64,000 nt of DNA, taken from positions 53,481,442 to 53,545,441 of the forward strand of contig NC_068998.1 of the NCBI RefSeq assembly GCF_001194135.2, written 5' to 3'. This stretch comes from Octopus bimaculoides. Its lineage: Eukaryota. The position numbers and the translations under genes were made by a program. The notes beneath the pieces were generated by a model, which made no database searches, was not told the DNA's origin, and saw nothing but the letters and a program-made list of their open reading frames with translations. Of this stretch, positions 1 to 13,046 are shown in pieces. Each line of letters starts with the position of its first letter. The first letter of the stretch is position 1.

Positions 1-283
1 ATATATATATGTGTGTATATATGTATATATATATATGTGTATATATGTATATATATATATGTGTATATATGTATATATATATATGTGTATATATGTATAT
101 ATATATATGTGTATATATATGTATATATATGTGTATATATATATGTGTATATATGTATATATATGTGTATATATGTATATATATGTGTATATATATGTGT
201 ATATATATGTATATATATGTGTATATATATGTATATATATGTGTATATATATGTGTATATATATGTATATATATGTGTATATA

Positions 284-314
<31 letters not shown>

Positions 315-568
315 TTGTGTACATATATACATATATATATGTATGTATATGGACATTTTAGATATATATATATAGATGGATGTATATACGTGTGTATCTA
401 TATTTAGATATACGCATGTATATGCATACATATATGTATGTATATATACGTGTGCATTGTATATTGTGTATCTTTAAAAACACGCATAGAAACATCTATA
501 TATGCATGTATTCATATGCGTGTGTATGTGCGTGCCTATATGTATACATGTATGTAGATGTATGTATG

Positions 569-605
<37 letters not shown>

Positions 606-620
606 GTACGTTTGAAAATA
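1..620. repeat. Compound (TA)n/(TG)n microsatellite-minisatellite array
   Basis: Near-pure TATATGTG/TATATA units at 1-370, degenerate to about 620; the overlapping Y/I/C/V/M ORFs are repeat read-through. Confidence 0.95.
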
Positions 621-764
621 CATTTATATATGTATGAAGGAACATATATGTATATATCTAATTATATGTAATATTGATAAGCAAATATTTATGTTTGCCA
701 AATCGGCCATTGAAGATCTGTTTGATTTCCATATGAATGCTGGCTGAAAAATCACAAATACAAT

Positions 765-810
<46 letters not shown>

Positions 811-1390
811 TATATTTTATTTTTATTTTTGGCCTGTATTCAGTTTTGCTGAAATCTGTGTTTATGTTTGAGGACGGAACAAATAGAATCAATTGTGTGC
901 CGATGACAATAGTGTCTCTGAATATTTTTACTGTAATAATCAGTAAAAACCGAGGTCGGGTTATTTTGTATATGTGTTTTCCTCTTGAAAAATCCCTATA
1001 TAAATATCATTCGCTGTAGTTTGTTCAGATATATATTATTCAGATGATAAATCTATTCACTATCATTGTCATGCTTCATCGTTTTCATTTCGATTGGCAT
1101 CTGTTGAATCTTGTTTGAATTACACTCTTCAATAAATTTAGCCAAATTGAACTGAAACATTGCCGTTCTTATCTGTATCTAATTAAAAGGCTATCGTGAT
1201 AGAATGTGTTTCGAAAGGTATTTGTAGACCTATTATGTTGCCATTGTTATTGCTGACAATGTTAGGTTGATGAATGATATACTCTCGTGACTTATTACGG
1301 CAATATCACGATGAATGCTCAAGTTCTCATCCGTTGAGGCTAGTTAGTAGTTAGAAGGGAAACCTAGGAGCTGTAAACATCTCACTTATA

Positions 1391-1551
1391 GGTGGAAGCA
1401 TGGCTATGTGGTAAGAAGCTTGCTTCCCAACAATATGGTTCCCTGTTCGGACCCATTGTGTGACATCTTCGGGGAACATCTTTTACTATAGCATCGGGTC
1501 GACTAAAGCCTGTTAAACGTATTTGATAGACGGTAACTGAAAGAAGCCCGT
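1391..1551 (+). mobile_element. tRNA-derived SINE, type A 5' half (diverged)
   Basis: A-box-like TGGCTATGTGG; matches the 30968 copy (ggtaagaagcttgcttcccaac...gactaaagcc...ctgaaagaagcccg); ends in (TA)n. Confidence 0.85.
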
Positions 1552-2013
1552 TATATATATCTATATCTATATATATATCTATATATGTATGTATGTATGG
1601 GTGCGCTGTGTGTGTATCTGCATATATGTGTGCATGTATATGCATATGCATATATACATATCTATATCTATTTTTTATATAGCAGGTCTTTCCCGAAGTG
1701 CCGCATAGTTTCATCAAAACCATAGACATGCGTTTGTCGAGGGAGCTTCTTAACATTATAGTGATATCTATCGCCATAATTATATGGCATTTGCAAATAA
1801 ATATAGCACATATTTCTGCAGCTTGCATGAATTCTAGGGATAAACGACATCATTAGCTCCATTATCTTCGTAGGATTTAATTATCTTTAATAAATATGCT
1901 CATTATGGACAATTTACATATTTACAAAATGAAATTAAGAGGTGAAGTGATTTCATTAAAATACCCCAATTCAGATGAAACCCGCATATATATATATATA
2001 TGCAAATATAAAT

Positions 2014-2045
<32 letters not shown>

Positions 2046-2756
2046 TTATGTAAAGATACGCACACACACACATACAAATACATGTGTGTAGATATTTACA
2101 AATATCTATATATATGTATATGTGTATATATATATANNNNNNNNNNNNNNNNNNNNNNNNNNNNNNNNNNNNNNNNNNNNNNNNNNNNNNNNNNNNNNNN
2201 NNNNNNNNNNNNNNNNNNNNNNNNNNNNNNNNNNNNNNNNNNNNNNNNNNNNNNNNNNNNNNNNNNNNNNNNNNNNNNNNNNNNNNNNNNNNNNNNATAT
2301 ATATATATATATATACACACAAACACAAATATCAAAGTAATTTTAGAGTCACCACGAGATTCATGTATTACACGCAAATTAGATATTGAAATATTTTATG
2401 CTCCCTTAGATTTTAATATTCTACGATCAAAATGAGCCAAAACACCCTTATTATTTATCGCACAGATAACATATCGGAATTAAATCTATAAACATGTCTC
2501 TCATTACACCAACGAATATACATTTCGAACTTTTTATTTGTAATTAGTGGTTTAAATTTTCAACAAATTACAGAATAAATTTTCTTGTGCTGTGGATTTT
2601 CACTGACAGTTAAACGTGCCAGGTGAACTTTCGTATACTTTCCTTAAAGTAGAAGAAATGATTGTAAGTCTTGGACTGCCATTATACTTCCTTCACAAAA
2701 ATAAGCTCTTTCTAATCATGTTAATTACGCCTTGGATATTTTTTTGCCTTTTGTCT

Positions 2757-2915
2757 TTTACTTGTTTCAGACATTGCACTGTGGCCATGCTGGTACACCG
2801 CTTTAAGGTGTTTAATACAACAAATTCATCAAAGTACTGTCGAACAGCTGCGTTATAATAGCGTAAAAAACTAACACCGATTTTCAAACGATGGAGGGCG
2901 ACAGACACAAACACT
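2757..2915 (-). mobile_element. SINE type C (3' half of the A-C composite), diverged
   Basis: Reverse complement carries gcggtgtaccagcatggccacag...ctgaaacaa, homologous to the 31375-31415 tail. Confidence 0.7.
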
Positions 2916-3185
2916 ATTTGTCACAGGGCATTAAGGAGTTGTAGGTCTTTCAGCCCTGGGCAATTTCAGTACCTGGTCCTGAATTGAACTCGAGTGGATG
3001 CTATTTTTCGTGCAATAATATGGCGTCCAGTTCTGGCATTTGCATGACAGTCAATTCTGAAATTAAGTATTAGTTCTTTTAGAGTTTTCCACATTTAGAT
3101 TATTACACATTTGTTGCGCCTTCGCTCCAGAGAGTAAAGTTGCAGTATTGTAACCTTTCTCTGTCGCTCATCCACTTGACTACTT

Positions 3186-3360
3186 TGGGGTAGGGGACCA
3201 GTCGATTAGATCGACCCCAGTGGTACTTAGTTTATCGACCCCGAATGGATGAAAGACAAAGTTGACCTCCGCCGAATTTGAACTCAAGAACGTAAAGACA
3301 GACGAAATACCGCTAAGCATTTCGCCCGGACTGCTAACCATTCTGCTAGCTCGCCGCCTT
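3186..3360 (-). mobile_element. tRNA-derived SINE, type B
   Basis: Reverse complement reads ggcggcgagctagcagaatggttagca...gagttcaaattcggcggaggtcaactttgtctttcatcc...gggtcgatctaatcgactgg; homologous to the 7527 and 48878 copies; B box GAGTTCAAATTC. Confidence 0.9.
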
Positions 3361-4153
3361 CAAATACTTGTAAAATACTGTTAGACAAATATTACATCAA
3401 ATTCTTTATTTTCTCCTTCACTGTATAATACATCCAAATGCAAGTCTTTACTGTATCAACCAAAAAAAACAAAAACAATATCTACTTACACAATAAATAA
3501 ATATTGATCATGTCGATTGCAACAGACAACTATTTAATTTATTGAGCCAAACAACAACGTATTTATGTTACAGCAATAAAATAGCCGCAACGGAATCATA
3601 TAAAAATGGGCATAGTCTTTAATATTAGATCTATTACTGAGCTTTGTCTTTAATATTTCATTTATTATATCAACACTACCAACTCATTAACCTTTTAAAA
3701 TACGTACAAGCGATATCATGATATAGAATATTGTTATCTTTAAACAGGGAATGATAGCGGAAAGAAGTATTTAAATTACTAGCAAAATTAAGATGGAAAG
3801 AAAATAATGATCGACATAATAAAGGAGAACTTCCCAGTAAAATGAATAATTTTAATTAGAGATCTTCTGCAATAAATTTACGTGACGTGTTATTATCGTA
3901 CTAATATAAACACATTTGCAAACACTTATGCAAACACTGGAACATAGAAGAGCTCCGTGATTAGACACACTTAAGGGAAACAGATGCAACCACGAATACA
4001 TATACATACACAAACCCATTTCTATAAATACATACATGTATACATACGTATATGTGTGTATATACATAGATATGTGTGTGTATAAGTATATATAAATATA
4101 TGTGTATGTGTGTTTGTATGTATATACATGTATACATATATATATATGTATAT

Positions 4154-4248
<95 letters not shown>

Positions 4249-7200
4249 TGTGTGTGTGTGAAAAAAAAGAGAGAGGGGAGAGAGAAAGTAACAGTGTGAG
4301 AGGAATGGAGGTCTAGATAGATAGAAAATTTTTACTTACATAGTAGATAACACGTGAACTTTCAAGGTCCCGAATCTCTCGGTGAGATTGATGTATTTGA
4401 TGTCCAGGTTCAAGTTGTGATTGACGCCAAGAGATAAAACGTGATCGATGAGAGAATTGAAGCGGATAAAGAACGAACCGTAGTCTTAATTTCTAATATA
4501 GGAAGACAGAATTTATGATGGCAGAATTGAAAGGCATAGCGTAATTATAAACATTGTTACTAATGAGAATATTGGGTTATTGGAGTAAGTTTGAAATTAA
4601 AACCACGGGCATATGCACGATTGTAGACTAGGGACAAGTTTATGTAAGTATGTACACGCGCGCGCGCGCACACACACACACACAACACATACGCACATAT
4701 ATATATATATACGGCAAATAAGAAAATGGAGAGGAAACAAATGACATACATCAGTCGGTAGACATTCCAGTGTGTCTAATTATTCCAAAGCATTACACAC
4801 ACATATATTAATATTACAGAAAAGAACAAAGCATCTGTTCCTCTGAAGAAGCCAAGAGTTACACTCATCATACAAACTCTATCTGCCCATCCCTACAGAA
4901 AACTAAAGAGATGGAGATGGCATGGAGGATTTCGTTGCCTCTTGGAATAAACGGCATTAAGGAACTGATCTTTTGTTTTTTTCTGTATTATAAATACATG
5001 TGTGTCTAACACATAGTTACTACATGTGTATGTTTTCTTCTAATAATTTATAATGCTTTGGAATAAATATTGTAGCTTTATTTTGGTCTTATATAATGAA
5101 AGCGTAAGTTTTCCGGTTTGTACCTCACATCCTACCTTTGATATATTTCCTCCGTACGACATCAAATCTGATATTTCATATGAAAATTTTTCTCTTTCTA
5201 TCGAAAAGAGTGCACCACAACGACAGATTCGTCGTCTACTGACGCCTGATGAATTTATCCGAAATCACAAACTCCATTGTACACTGGCTGCCTACGCAGA
5301 CGACCACACATTTCTTCACAGTCACTTTTTATTATCTACTATTTACAGCTGAAAAAAAAATATTCACTATATTTCTCTTCTTCTGTCTCTCAAATTCTTT
5401 CTCTCGTTTTTTAAACTTTCTTTTCCTCGGGCGCCCACACAAATGACCTCCGTCACTTCTAATATATTGAACATACATTGCTTTCAATACAGATACTGTT
5501 GATCATTTGGTACAATTGAAGAAGAGAAAATATTGGTTATAATCTTTATTTGATTTTCTTGTAGCTATCAATCTATGTTCACATAGTATGAACTTACAAT
5601 ATGAGATAATTGCTTTTTTGTGTTAAAAATATTTTGAAAATATTTTCTTTCTAATTTAGAATCTTAATTCTTATGGGGGTACCGGAAGATAAAAATCTGT
5701 ATTTTCTTTTCCTGTTATGTCTAAAGGAGTATTTTCGAAATCTATTATCATTATTAAATCGTAGAAAGAGAAACATCATACAAAGAAGCAAAGACTGTTT
5801 ATTTTATCAAGTATTAAAGTAAACAAATAAACTATTTTCAAATGATCGGTACAAAGTGATATTATCGCTAATAGTGACTCTTTTGTATCTGTTTTCCCAT
5901 CATCTCTACTGAATTCAAACGATGCTCAAAAACCAATTACGCTTCAGTCATTACTAGGAAGTTGTTGACCACCAAACAAATGCCATCGACCTTAACCAGT
6001 ATTCTTAGGGAAAATGGACACCTATATTCCGAAGTAAAAAAAATTTTTACAGGCTTCTTTCAGTCACTGGTGTTCTGTCCTGGTGAAAATATATCGTTCG
6101 CACAGCTAGGACGCATACACAAAACGAACTCTTTGCCTCATTGTAAAGATATTAAGATATTTTCTTAACATAAAACCTACGGTAGCTTCAGTACACAAAT
6201 AAATTGTATGCATACAAACATATATTGGGAGAGGGAGAGAGAAAGAGACGGAGATCGATATATAGATATATACACATACACGTGGATATATATACATATA
6301 AACGTTTATATGTAAATACATATATGTATATATATGTGTGTGAGTGTGTGTGTGGGTGTGTGTGTGGGTGTATATACAGTTGCTTCTACAGAACATTCAA
6401 TATTCAAATTTCACTTACAATCTGTTGATTTATCCGAGTCAGTGGTAAAAATGAGTAGAACACCGCATGCACAACGGATGGAATCGAATTTGGGACATTC
6501 ATAAGTAGAAAGCAAACCTCTGAACATCGAAGGTACATCAACAACATGAATGTGAGTTCCAGCCTAACCACACCCCCAATTTTGTATTCCACGCCACTGA
6601 CAAAACTCTTTCACCTCTAATTGATCCATGATTTAAGAAACTTCAGAAAATTATACGTTTCTAAATGCTGAGCGCTTACGAAACTAATATTTTATAGAAT
6701 GGAACGTAAATGTGAAACTGTAATAACGTATGCTGTATACAGTAAGTCAGTTGCAATTTGTCGGGTCGACAGATTTATAATAGAGCTATTTCAATGGCTG
6801 TTGATTCACATCATGTCGAAAGATAATATTATTCGTTTTTACCGAACGCCATGCGATAAAATGTAAATATTTAATTCTGAAATACAAGTTCATCTAAGTG
6901 AAGCGGCAGACTTTTAGTTTATATGCCAAAAAGGTTAATTGTTTATATGTAGATAGGAGCACAGCAGAATCATTTTAAATCCAAATAATGAATACTTCCA
7001 TCGTCAGATAACCTCTCCATATAGGTTGCGAGTCAGACTTCATTATCTTTATGAAGATGAACATTTTTTGTTCATCCATTTTTGCTTTTACAACTTTGGA
7101 ACAATTGCTGTAAATATTTATGTTGCATTCCTTTTAATAATAATCCATTTACATACTTTGTATATAAATTTGCACCTCGTTTCAAAGACGGGGCTTAATA

Positions 7201-7526
7201 TTTTCCCTTTTTATTCATAGGCAAGGTATGTATATATATATATATAAATACACCTTCGCAACATCTGCGAAGCGGCATCTTATATAATAAGAGGGATTTG
7301 GTTAATGCCTGTAATTACAAATCCCTAAATTCTGTATATTTGACAGACTAAGATACGTTGTACGATGTGTCGGTATCTGAGGAACAACCTACGAATTTCG
7401 ATACAGATTTATCTGCTGCTGCTGCGTGTAGGTTGAAGGACGAGTTTCTCCTTGGTGGCCGTATAAATAATTTTGAATTCAAAGGAATTTCAACGAATTC
7501 TTTTTCCATCAATATTTTAGTCAAAA

Positions 7527-7756
7527 GGTCGGCGAGCTCGCAGAAACGTTTGCACGCCGAACGAAAAGCTTAGCGGTATTTCGTCTGCCGTTACGTTCTG
7601 AGTTCAAATTCCGCCGAGGTCGACATTACACCAGTGAAACACTGGTGTCCATGTTAAGCACCAGTGAAACACTGGTTCCCATGTAATCGACTTTATCCAT
7701 TTGACTGTCCTTGTTTCTCCCCTCTATGTTTAGCCCCCTGTGCGCAATAAAGAAAT
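7527..7756 (+). mobile_element. tRNA-derived SINE, type B, with internal deletion and 30-bp tandem duplication
   Basis: ggcgagctcgcagaaacgtt...gagttcaaattccgccgaggtcgac head; tail gcaataaagaaat. Confidence 0.9.
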
Positions 7757-8861
7757 GGATATTTATAAGTCAAAACCTGGGATATGAAACACCTTTTCCA
7801 TCAGTATTTATAGATCAAAAACCGATGTCTGTCTACATTAGATCAGGGCGTTGAAACATGCTTTCATTTCAAAGCTCTAGTAGAATAAGAACAAAACAAT
7901 AAGATGACATTTATATAACATGGCATTTATAAAAATAATACAATATTAAAATAAATATATTAACACAACAAATGTACGCACTGTATAACGTAAACAAACT
8001 TTGTAAATAGTTTCGAGATGCCGTTTTATCGGGATGGGAAACATTACGCTTGCAGAAGCATTGTGTATGTTTCAGAGATTACACGTTTCCCATCCTGACA
8101 AAAGCGATATATTACAATTATATTCATTGGAATATAGACTGTTGTAGCATCACATTTGTATTCTGAACATTGCTGTGGCAATCTTTAAGTAGATTTACTT
8201 ATAGTACTGCTACAGTTTTCGAATTATTATTATACTTCATGCAATTTTATGCCGTTTTGAAGCTGCTTTTTTAAAATTTTATTTACTATCCCATCGTTGT
8301 TTTTGTTGATTAACCTAAAGTTTATTCAGACATATAATCGCAAGGTTTCCAACTATTCACAACACTTTTAATTCCGAGGTTTGTGTATCTGGAATTACAC
8401 AAAGCAATATGTCTTACCCTTGTAATTCGGTAGTATATACTATGAAGGATATTTCACTGATATATCTAACTGCTCGAAACAAACATTTACTATTATGTGT
8501 GGTTGGTCGGTTAATGCATTTTCATGATTTATAAAAAAAGTTTTATCAACAACAGACAGACAATTTCCAGCTATATTGGTCGCTAATATGTACTAGATTA
8601 ATTTTTCTCCGCTGTTTCTGTCTTTTGTTTTGTTATTGGTCCGTTTCTTATATTTTGTAAGTATTGTGTTTTGTCTGAAAAATCCACATTTTTGTAATGC
8701 ATCATTGTGTAATGCGATTAAGCGTTTATTTTTAGTTGGAATAAAAATTTCATATTCTCCAACTAATGTTGTTGACTTGATGTTTTATGGTTGCAGATAG
8801 CTATTTAAAATTTCTATTAATGCTTACTAAGTTTGTTTGGCTTAAGTTAGATTCCACGAGC

Positions 8862-8920
<59 letters not shown>

Positions 8921-9854
8921 NNNNNNNNNNNNNNNNNNNNNNNNNNNNNNNNNNNNNNNNNNNNNNNNNNNNNNNNNNNNNNNNNNNNNNNNNNNNNNNN
9001 NNNNNNNNNNNNNNNNNNNNNNNNNNNNNNNNNNNNNNNNNNNNNNNNNNNNNNNNNNNNNNNNNNNNNNNNNNNNNNNNNNNNNNNNNNNNNNNNNNNN
9101 NNNNNNNNNNNNNNNNNNNNNNNNNNNNNNNNNNNNNNNNNNNNNNNNNNNNNNNNNNNNNNNNNNNNNNNNNNNNNNNNNNNNNNNNNNNNNNNNNNNN
9201 NNNNNNNNNNNNNNNNNNNNNNNNNNNNNNNNNNNNNNNNNNNNNNNNNNNNNNNNNNNNNNNNNNNNNNNNNNNNNNNNNNNNNNNNNNNNNNNNNNNN
9301 NNNNNNNNNNNNNNNNNNNNNNNNNNNNNNNNNNNNNNNNNNNNNNNNNNNNNNNNNNNNNNNNNNNNNNNNNNNNNNNNNNNNNNNNNNNNNATATATA
9401 TATATATATATATATATACCTGCACAGATGCAGCCACATAAACAATCCTACATACAGACTCACACACACGTACTCACGCATACTCTTATGACACCACGCC
9501 TATCAATGTATATGTATGTATACCTCTACATAAAGATTGCATACATATGTATACATATAAACATATGCAAGTAAATATATATACGCACATATACAAAACC
9601 CACACGCATGTATATATATATATATATATGGTATATGTATATGTGTGTATCTACATCTGCATATGTGTGCATGTGTGTAGGTATACTCTCTCGCTCTCTC
9701 TCCGTCTTTCTCTCTCTGTACACACGCGCGCACACACATATATGCATATATATATATGTGTAGATATATCTATAAACATACATATATGTCTACATTTGTC
9801 ATACATATACATATGTCTACATGTGTATACGTAAGTCCGTATTTACATAAGTGA

Positions 9855-9886
<32 letters not shown>

Positions 9887-11659
9887 NNNNNNNNNNNNNN
9901 NNNNNNNNNNNNNNNNNNNNNNNNNNNNNNNNNNNNNNNNNNNNNNNNNNNNNNNNNNNNNNNNNNNNNNNNNNNNNNNNNNNNNNNNNNNNNNNNNNNN
10001 NNNNNNNNNNNNNNNNNNNNNNNNNNNNNNNNNNNNNNNNNNNNNNNNATATATGTGTGTGTGTGTAAGATCCAGGGATCGAGGTATAGGAAGAAAGTTA
10101 GTTTCAAGCAATCCGTAGTAAATATAAAAACAATATTCATGAACAGTAGTGATTTATTGAGACGGAAGGTTGTGGATTTTTTTCTTATCGATGTACTATG
10201 AACTGAAAACAAAGTCCTTTTTATACATCACGGTAGGCAACAATGGCGGGTTTGTATGCGAATAAGGATACAAGAGTTACGGAATGGAGGAGATAATATC
10301 CAGACTACACATGTTTCACTGTTACTTATGTTACCTCAGAAGAGGTAAATATCCGGGCGAGGTGCATACCGAAAGCTACTCTTGACGCCGAGGATATCTT
10401 GGTTAGATGAAAGATTACATTAAACGAAAGTTTAATTAATGAATTAGTATTTAATGAAAAAACTTCTACACGTACTTATGTAATGCATTCAAAGTATTAA
10501 CTCTAAATTCCTACCGCTTGAAATATTTCAAATTTGGATAACACTATTTTTATAAAATATAGTCTTCTGTAGTTTACAACGACACTAAATGTTTTTATAC
10601 GTTATCTTAAATATTACTCTGAGCTTGTGTTTGTTATTAATACGTATAATGTGTTGATTATTAGTCATGCTGCCATGCACCCGTGATCTAATTACGAATG
10701 GCAAGAGGAATACCATCGACAACATCATATAATATTTCTTCCTTTCTGTGTTTTATACGTTATGGTTTATTTTCGGGAAGATTTGACTGCTCTTTCTAAT
10801 AGGCCGCAACTGACAGTTCTGTCCTGCGTTATACTGGCTATTAACGCCTTCTATTGGGTAAAATTATGTAATTGAAATGCTGGTGATTTCTTTATTATAA
10901 ATTTCTAGAAACAGTGAATGCAAGTTTCATCCATTAGCATGCAAAACTACATCACATCAGAGCTACACAGTGTGAAAATAATTTAGAGCGAATATTAAAA
11001 AATGAAGAGTTTGGAAGAAATTTAATACGATCCTAATAATCTAGCCTCACTTTGCTTTGATATTTCGTTTCGAACGCGACTCTAATATCAGATCACTGTG
11101 AACATTAAGTCGATAACTTCTGGTAAATTGTGTTGTAAAAAAGCATTTTTCTGCGTGTACATACACACACAATCACACATAGAAACACGATACAGTACAC
11201 AGACATAAACAGTCGTCCACACATGCACAAGATCATATGAATTTATATGCATATAATTCTTGCATACGATAATTCCTTCATCATAGCAAGATGTCGTTTC
11301 CCGATTGCAAAAGAAAGACTCTGAAGTAAACATAATGACAAGAAGCTTTCTGTAACTATACATTCAAGATTCATTGAAAGATAATGACAAAATTATAGAA
11401 CGTCGTACGTCCTTGACATGCGTTGTCTCTGCATACGAAAATAAACGTAGGATTGCAGAAATAATGCTTAGGAATAACATTCGAATCAATAATTGCAAAT
11501 TAAGACACAAAAACAAAAAAATGAAATGAATTGATGCAAACGCTACTCAAAAGCTGCGCAGAGAAAGAATTAAAAGTATTAGAATGTCACAAACGAAAAT
11601 ATTCATGATAATTCATTCTGACTTAGGCACTACAAGAATGTTTGAAGTGTTGGTGTTTC

Positions 11660-11760
11660 TTGATAGCGTCCATCAACTCCTGTACTCGGCTGATACTTTA
11701 TATTGACGCCCACACGCGAAAGAAAGGCAAAGTTGTGAAAGGCGGGATTTCATGGAGCAT
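11660..11760 (-). mobile_element. Decayed SINE type B fragment
   Basis: gatactttatattgacgcc...gaaaggcaaagttg...ggcgggattt resembles the 3220-3285 segment. Confidence 0.45.
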
Positions 11761-11829
11761 GGATTTTGGTTAAGGTGAAATTAAAGACCGTGTAGTTATA
11801 TATATATGGATGGATGTATATGTATGTAT

Positions 11830-11882
<53 letters not shown>

Positions 11883-11889
<7 letters not shown>

Positions 11890-12445
11890 CATACAAAAAT
11901 AAGAGGGATGACCAGCAAAAGTGGACTCCTATATGCTAGAAATAGATGCCGAATCATCTAACCACGAAAAAAAAAGTTCTCAGTAAAAATTCAGCGACCT
12001 TTAAATTCAGCGACATTTAAAAGGATACACTGAATGTAATTTGTAGAACTCTACACGTGCTCCCTTTCGGTTGGACGTCCTGTGTCTAGTTCTGGAAATT
12101 ACATCGCAAATCGACGGACAACGCTGACGATCCTGCAGATATTTACCTATGTACATTTTATCAGGTGAAACCATGGCACGTAGGTTAATCGTTTTTATTT
12201 AGTATTTTTTCATTTGTCTTACCCTTTTACAGTCTGTTGTGTCGCTGAATGTTTACTGAGAACATATATTTTTTGCGGTTAGATGATTCGGCATCTATTT
12301 CTAGCATATAGGAGTCCACTTTTGCTGGTCATCCCTCTTATTTTTGTATGTAATATAATTTTAATCTTGAGAATTTTTTTAATATACTAGACCACTGGTT
12401 CAAATTGATTAATATCAATTTCTACCCCAATGATTAAATATATAT
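11883..12445 (+). mobile_element. Penelope-like/retrozyme-type non-autonomous element with inverted arms and internal hammerhead-like motif
   Basis: Arms 11883-11998 and 12241-12357 are inverted (outer 81 bp identical by eye); hammerhead-like core at 12119-12183; both ends abut (TA)n; dispersed copy at 29758-29928. Confidence 0.65.
12119..12183 (+). ncRNA. Type I hammerhead ribozyme-like motif (degenerate)
   Basis: CAACG-CTGACGA-tCCTG..CAGGt-GAAA-CCATGG-ca-CGTAG: core boxes, 4-bp stem II, palindromic stem III, 4/5 stem I; cleavage-site U replaced by C. Confidence 0.6.
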
Positions 12446-12451
12446 ATATTC

Positions 12452-12863
12452 AAGGCGGGAGTGGTATGCAGTAATATGCATCTGGAGGATCCTGGAAGGA
12501 ATAGTGCCAAATTTTGGCATTGAAAGCTATACCAATGCCAGAACGGGACGACACTGCATAGTGACAAAGATCCCAGCAATGCCATCGCGCTTCAGGACCA
12601 GTTACTGCAACAGCCTGAGTTTCAGGGGCCCACAGATTTGTAATATTCTCCGAAAGAGCCTGAGGAATCTACACAAAGTAGATGTAGACGTTTTTAAATC
12701 AAGGCTGGACCTCTTCCTGTCGAGAGTCCCAGATGAACCGACCGTAGGGCAAGAGGTGCAAATGAGTGTAGATATATCAAACTCCATATATTAAAGGAAG
12801 ATCTCAGTAATAAAAGTGTAGAAAAACGGCGGTGCTCCAGCATGGCCACAGCTATGAGCTGAA
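12452..12863 (+). mobile_element. CR1/L2-group non-LTR retrotransposon, 5'-truncated 3' end (ORF2 C-terminus plus 3' UTR)
   Basis: Frame reads YAVICIWRILEGIVPNFG...SLSFRGPQICNIL...FKSRLDLFLSRVPDEP, stop at 12794; 3' tail ggcggtgctccagcatggccacagctatgagctgaa. Confidence 0.8.
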
Positions 12864-13046
12864 TATATGTGTGTGTGTGTGTGTGTGTAAATAGATATAT
12901 ATATTAAAATTTTAGGGAATAATAAGTATTCCAGGTTATCAGAACATTTACTATTTTACTCTTTACTAATGCAATGTAAACAGTATCGTTTATAATATTA
13001 TTACAAATTTGGGGTTTTAGCAATAGAACCACAACTCCTATTTCAG

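Noticed and set aside
9-637. Long Y/I/C/V/M/H/T-rich ORFs here and at many other microsatellites
   Set aside because: Translations of dinucleotide repeats and N gaps; no coding signal
1680-1760. Possible minus-strand type A SINE head
   Set aside because: Too decayed to call by eye
5249-5275. CTGATGA...GAAA hammerhead-like boxes
   Set aside because: No stem II or stem I pairing
5215-5320. APQ...YADD stretch resembling RT motifs (KSAPQRQIRRLL..HCTLAAYADD)
   Set aside because: Only YADD matches well; the QG/GPLLF context and flanking RT motifs are missing
7378-7440. CTGAGGA followed by stem caacctac/gtaggttg
   Set aside because: Followed by GAAG with wrong spacing, and no stem I or III
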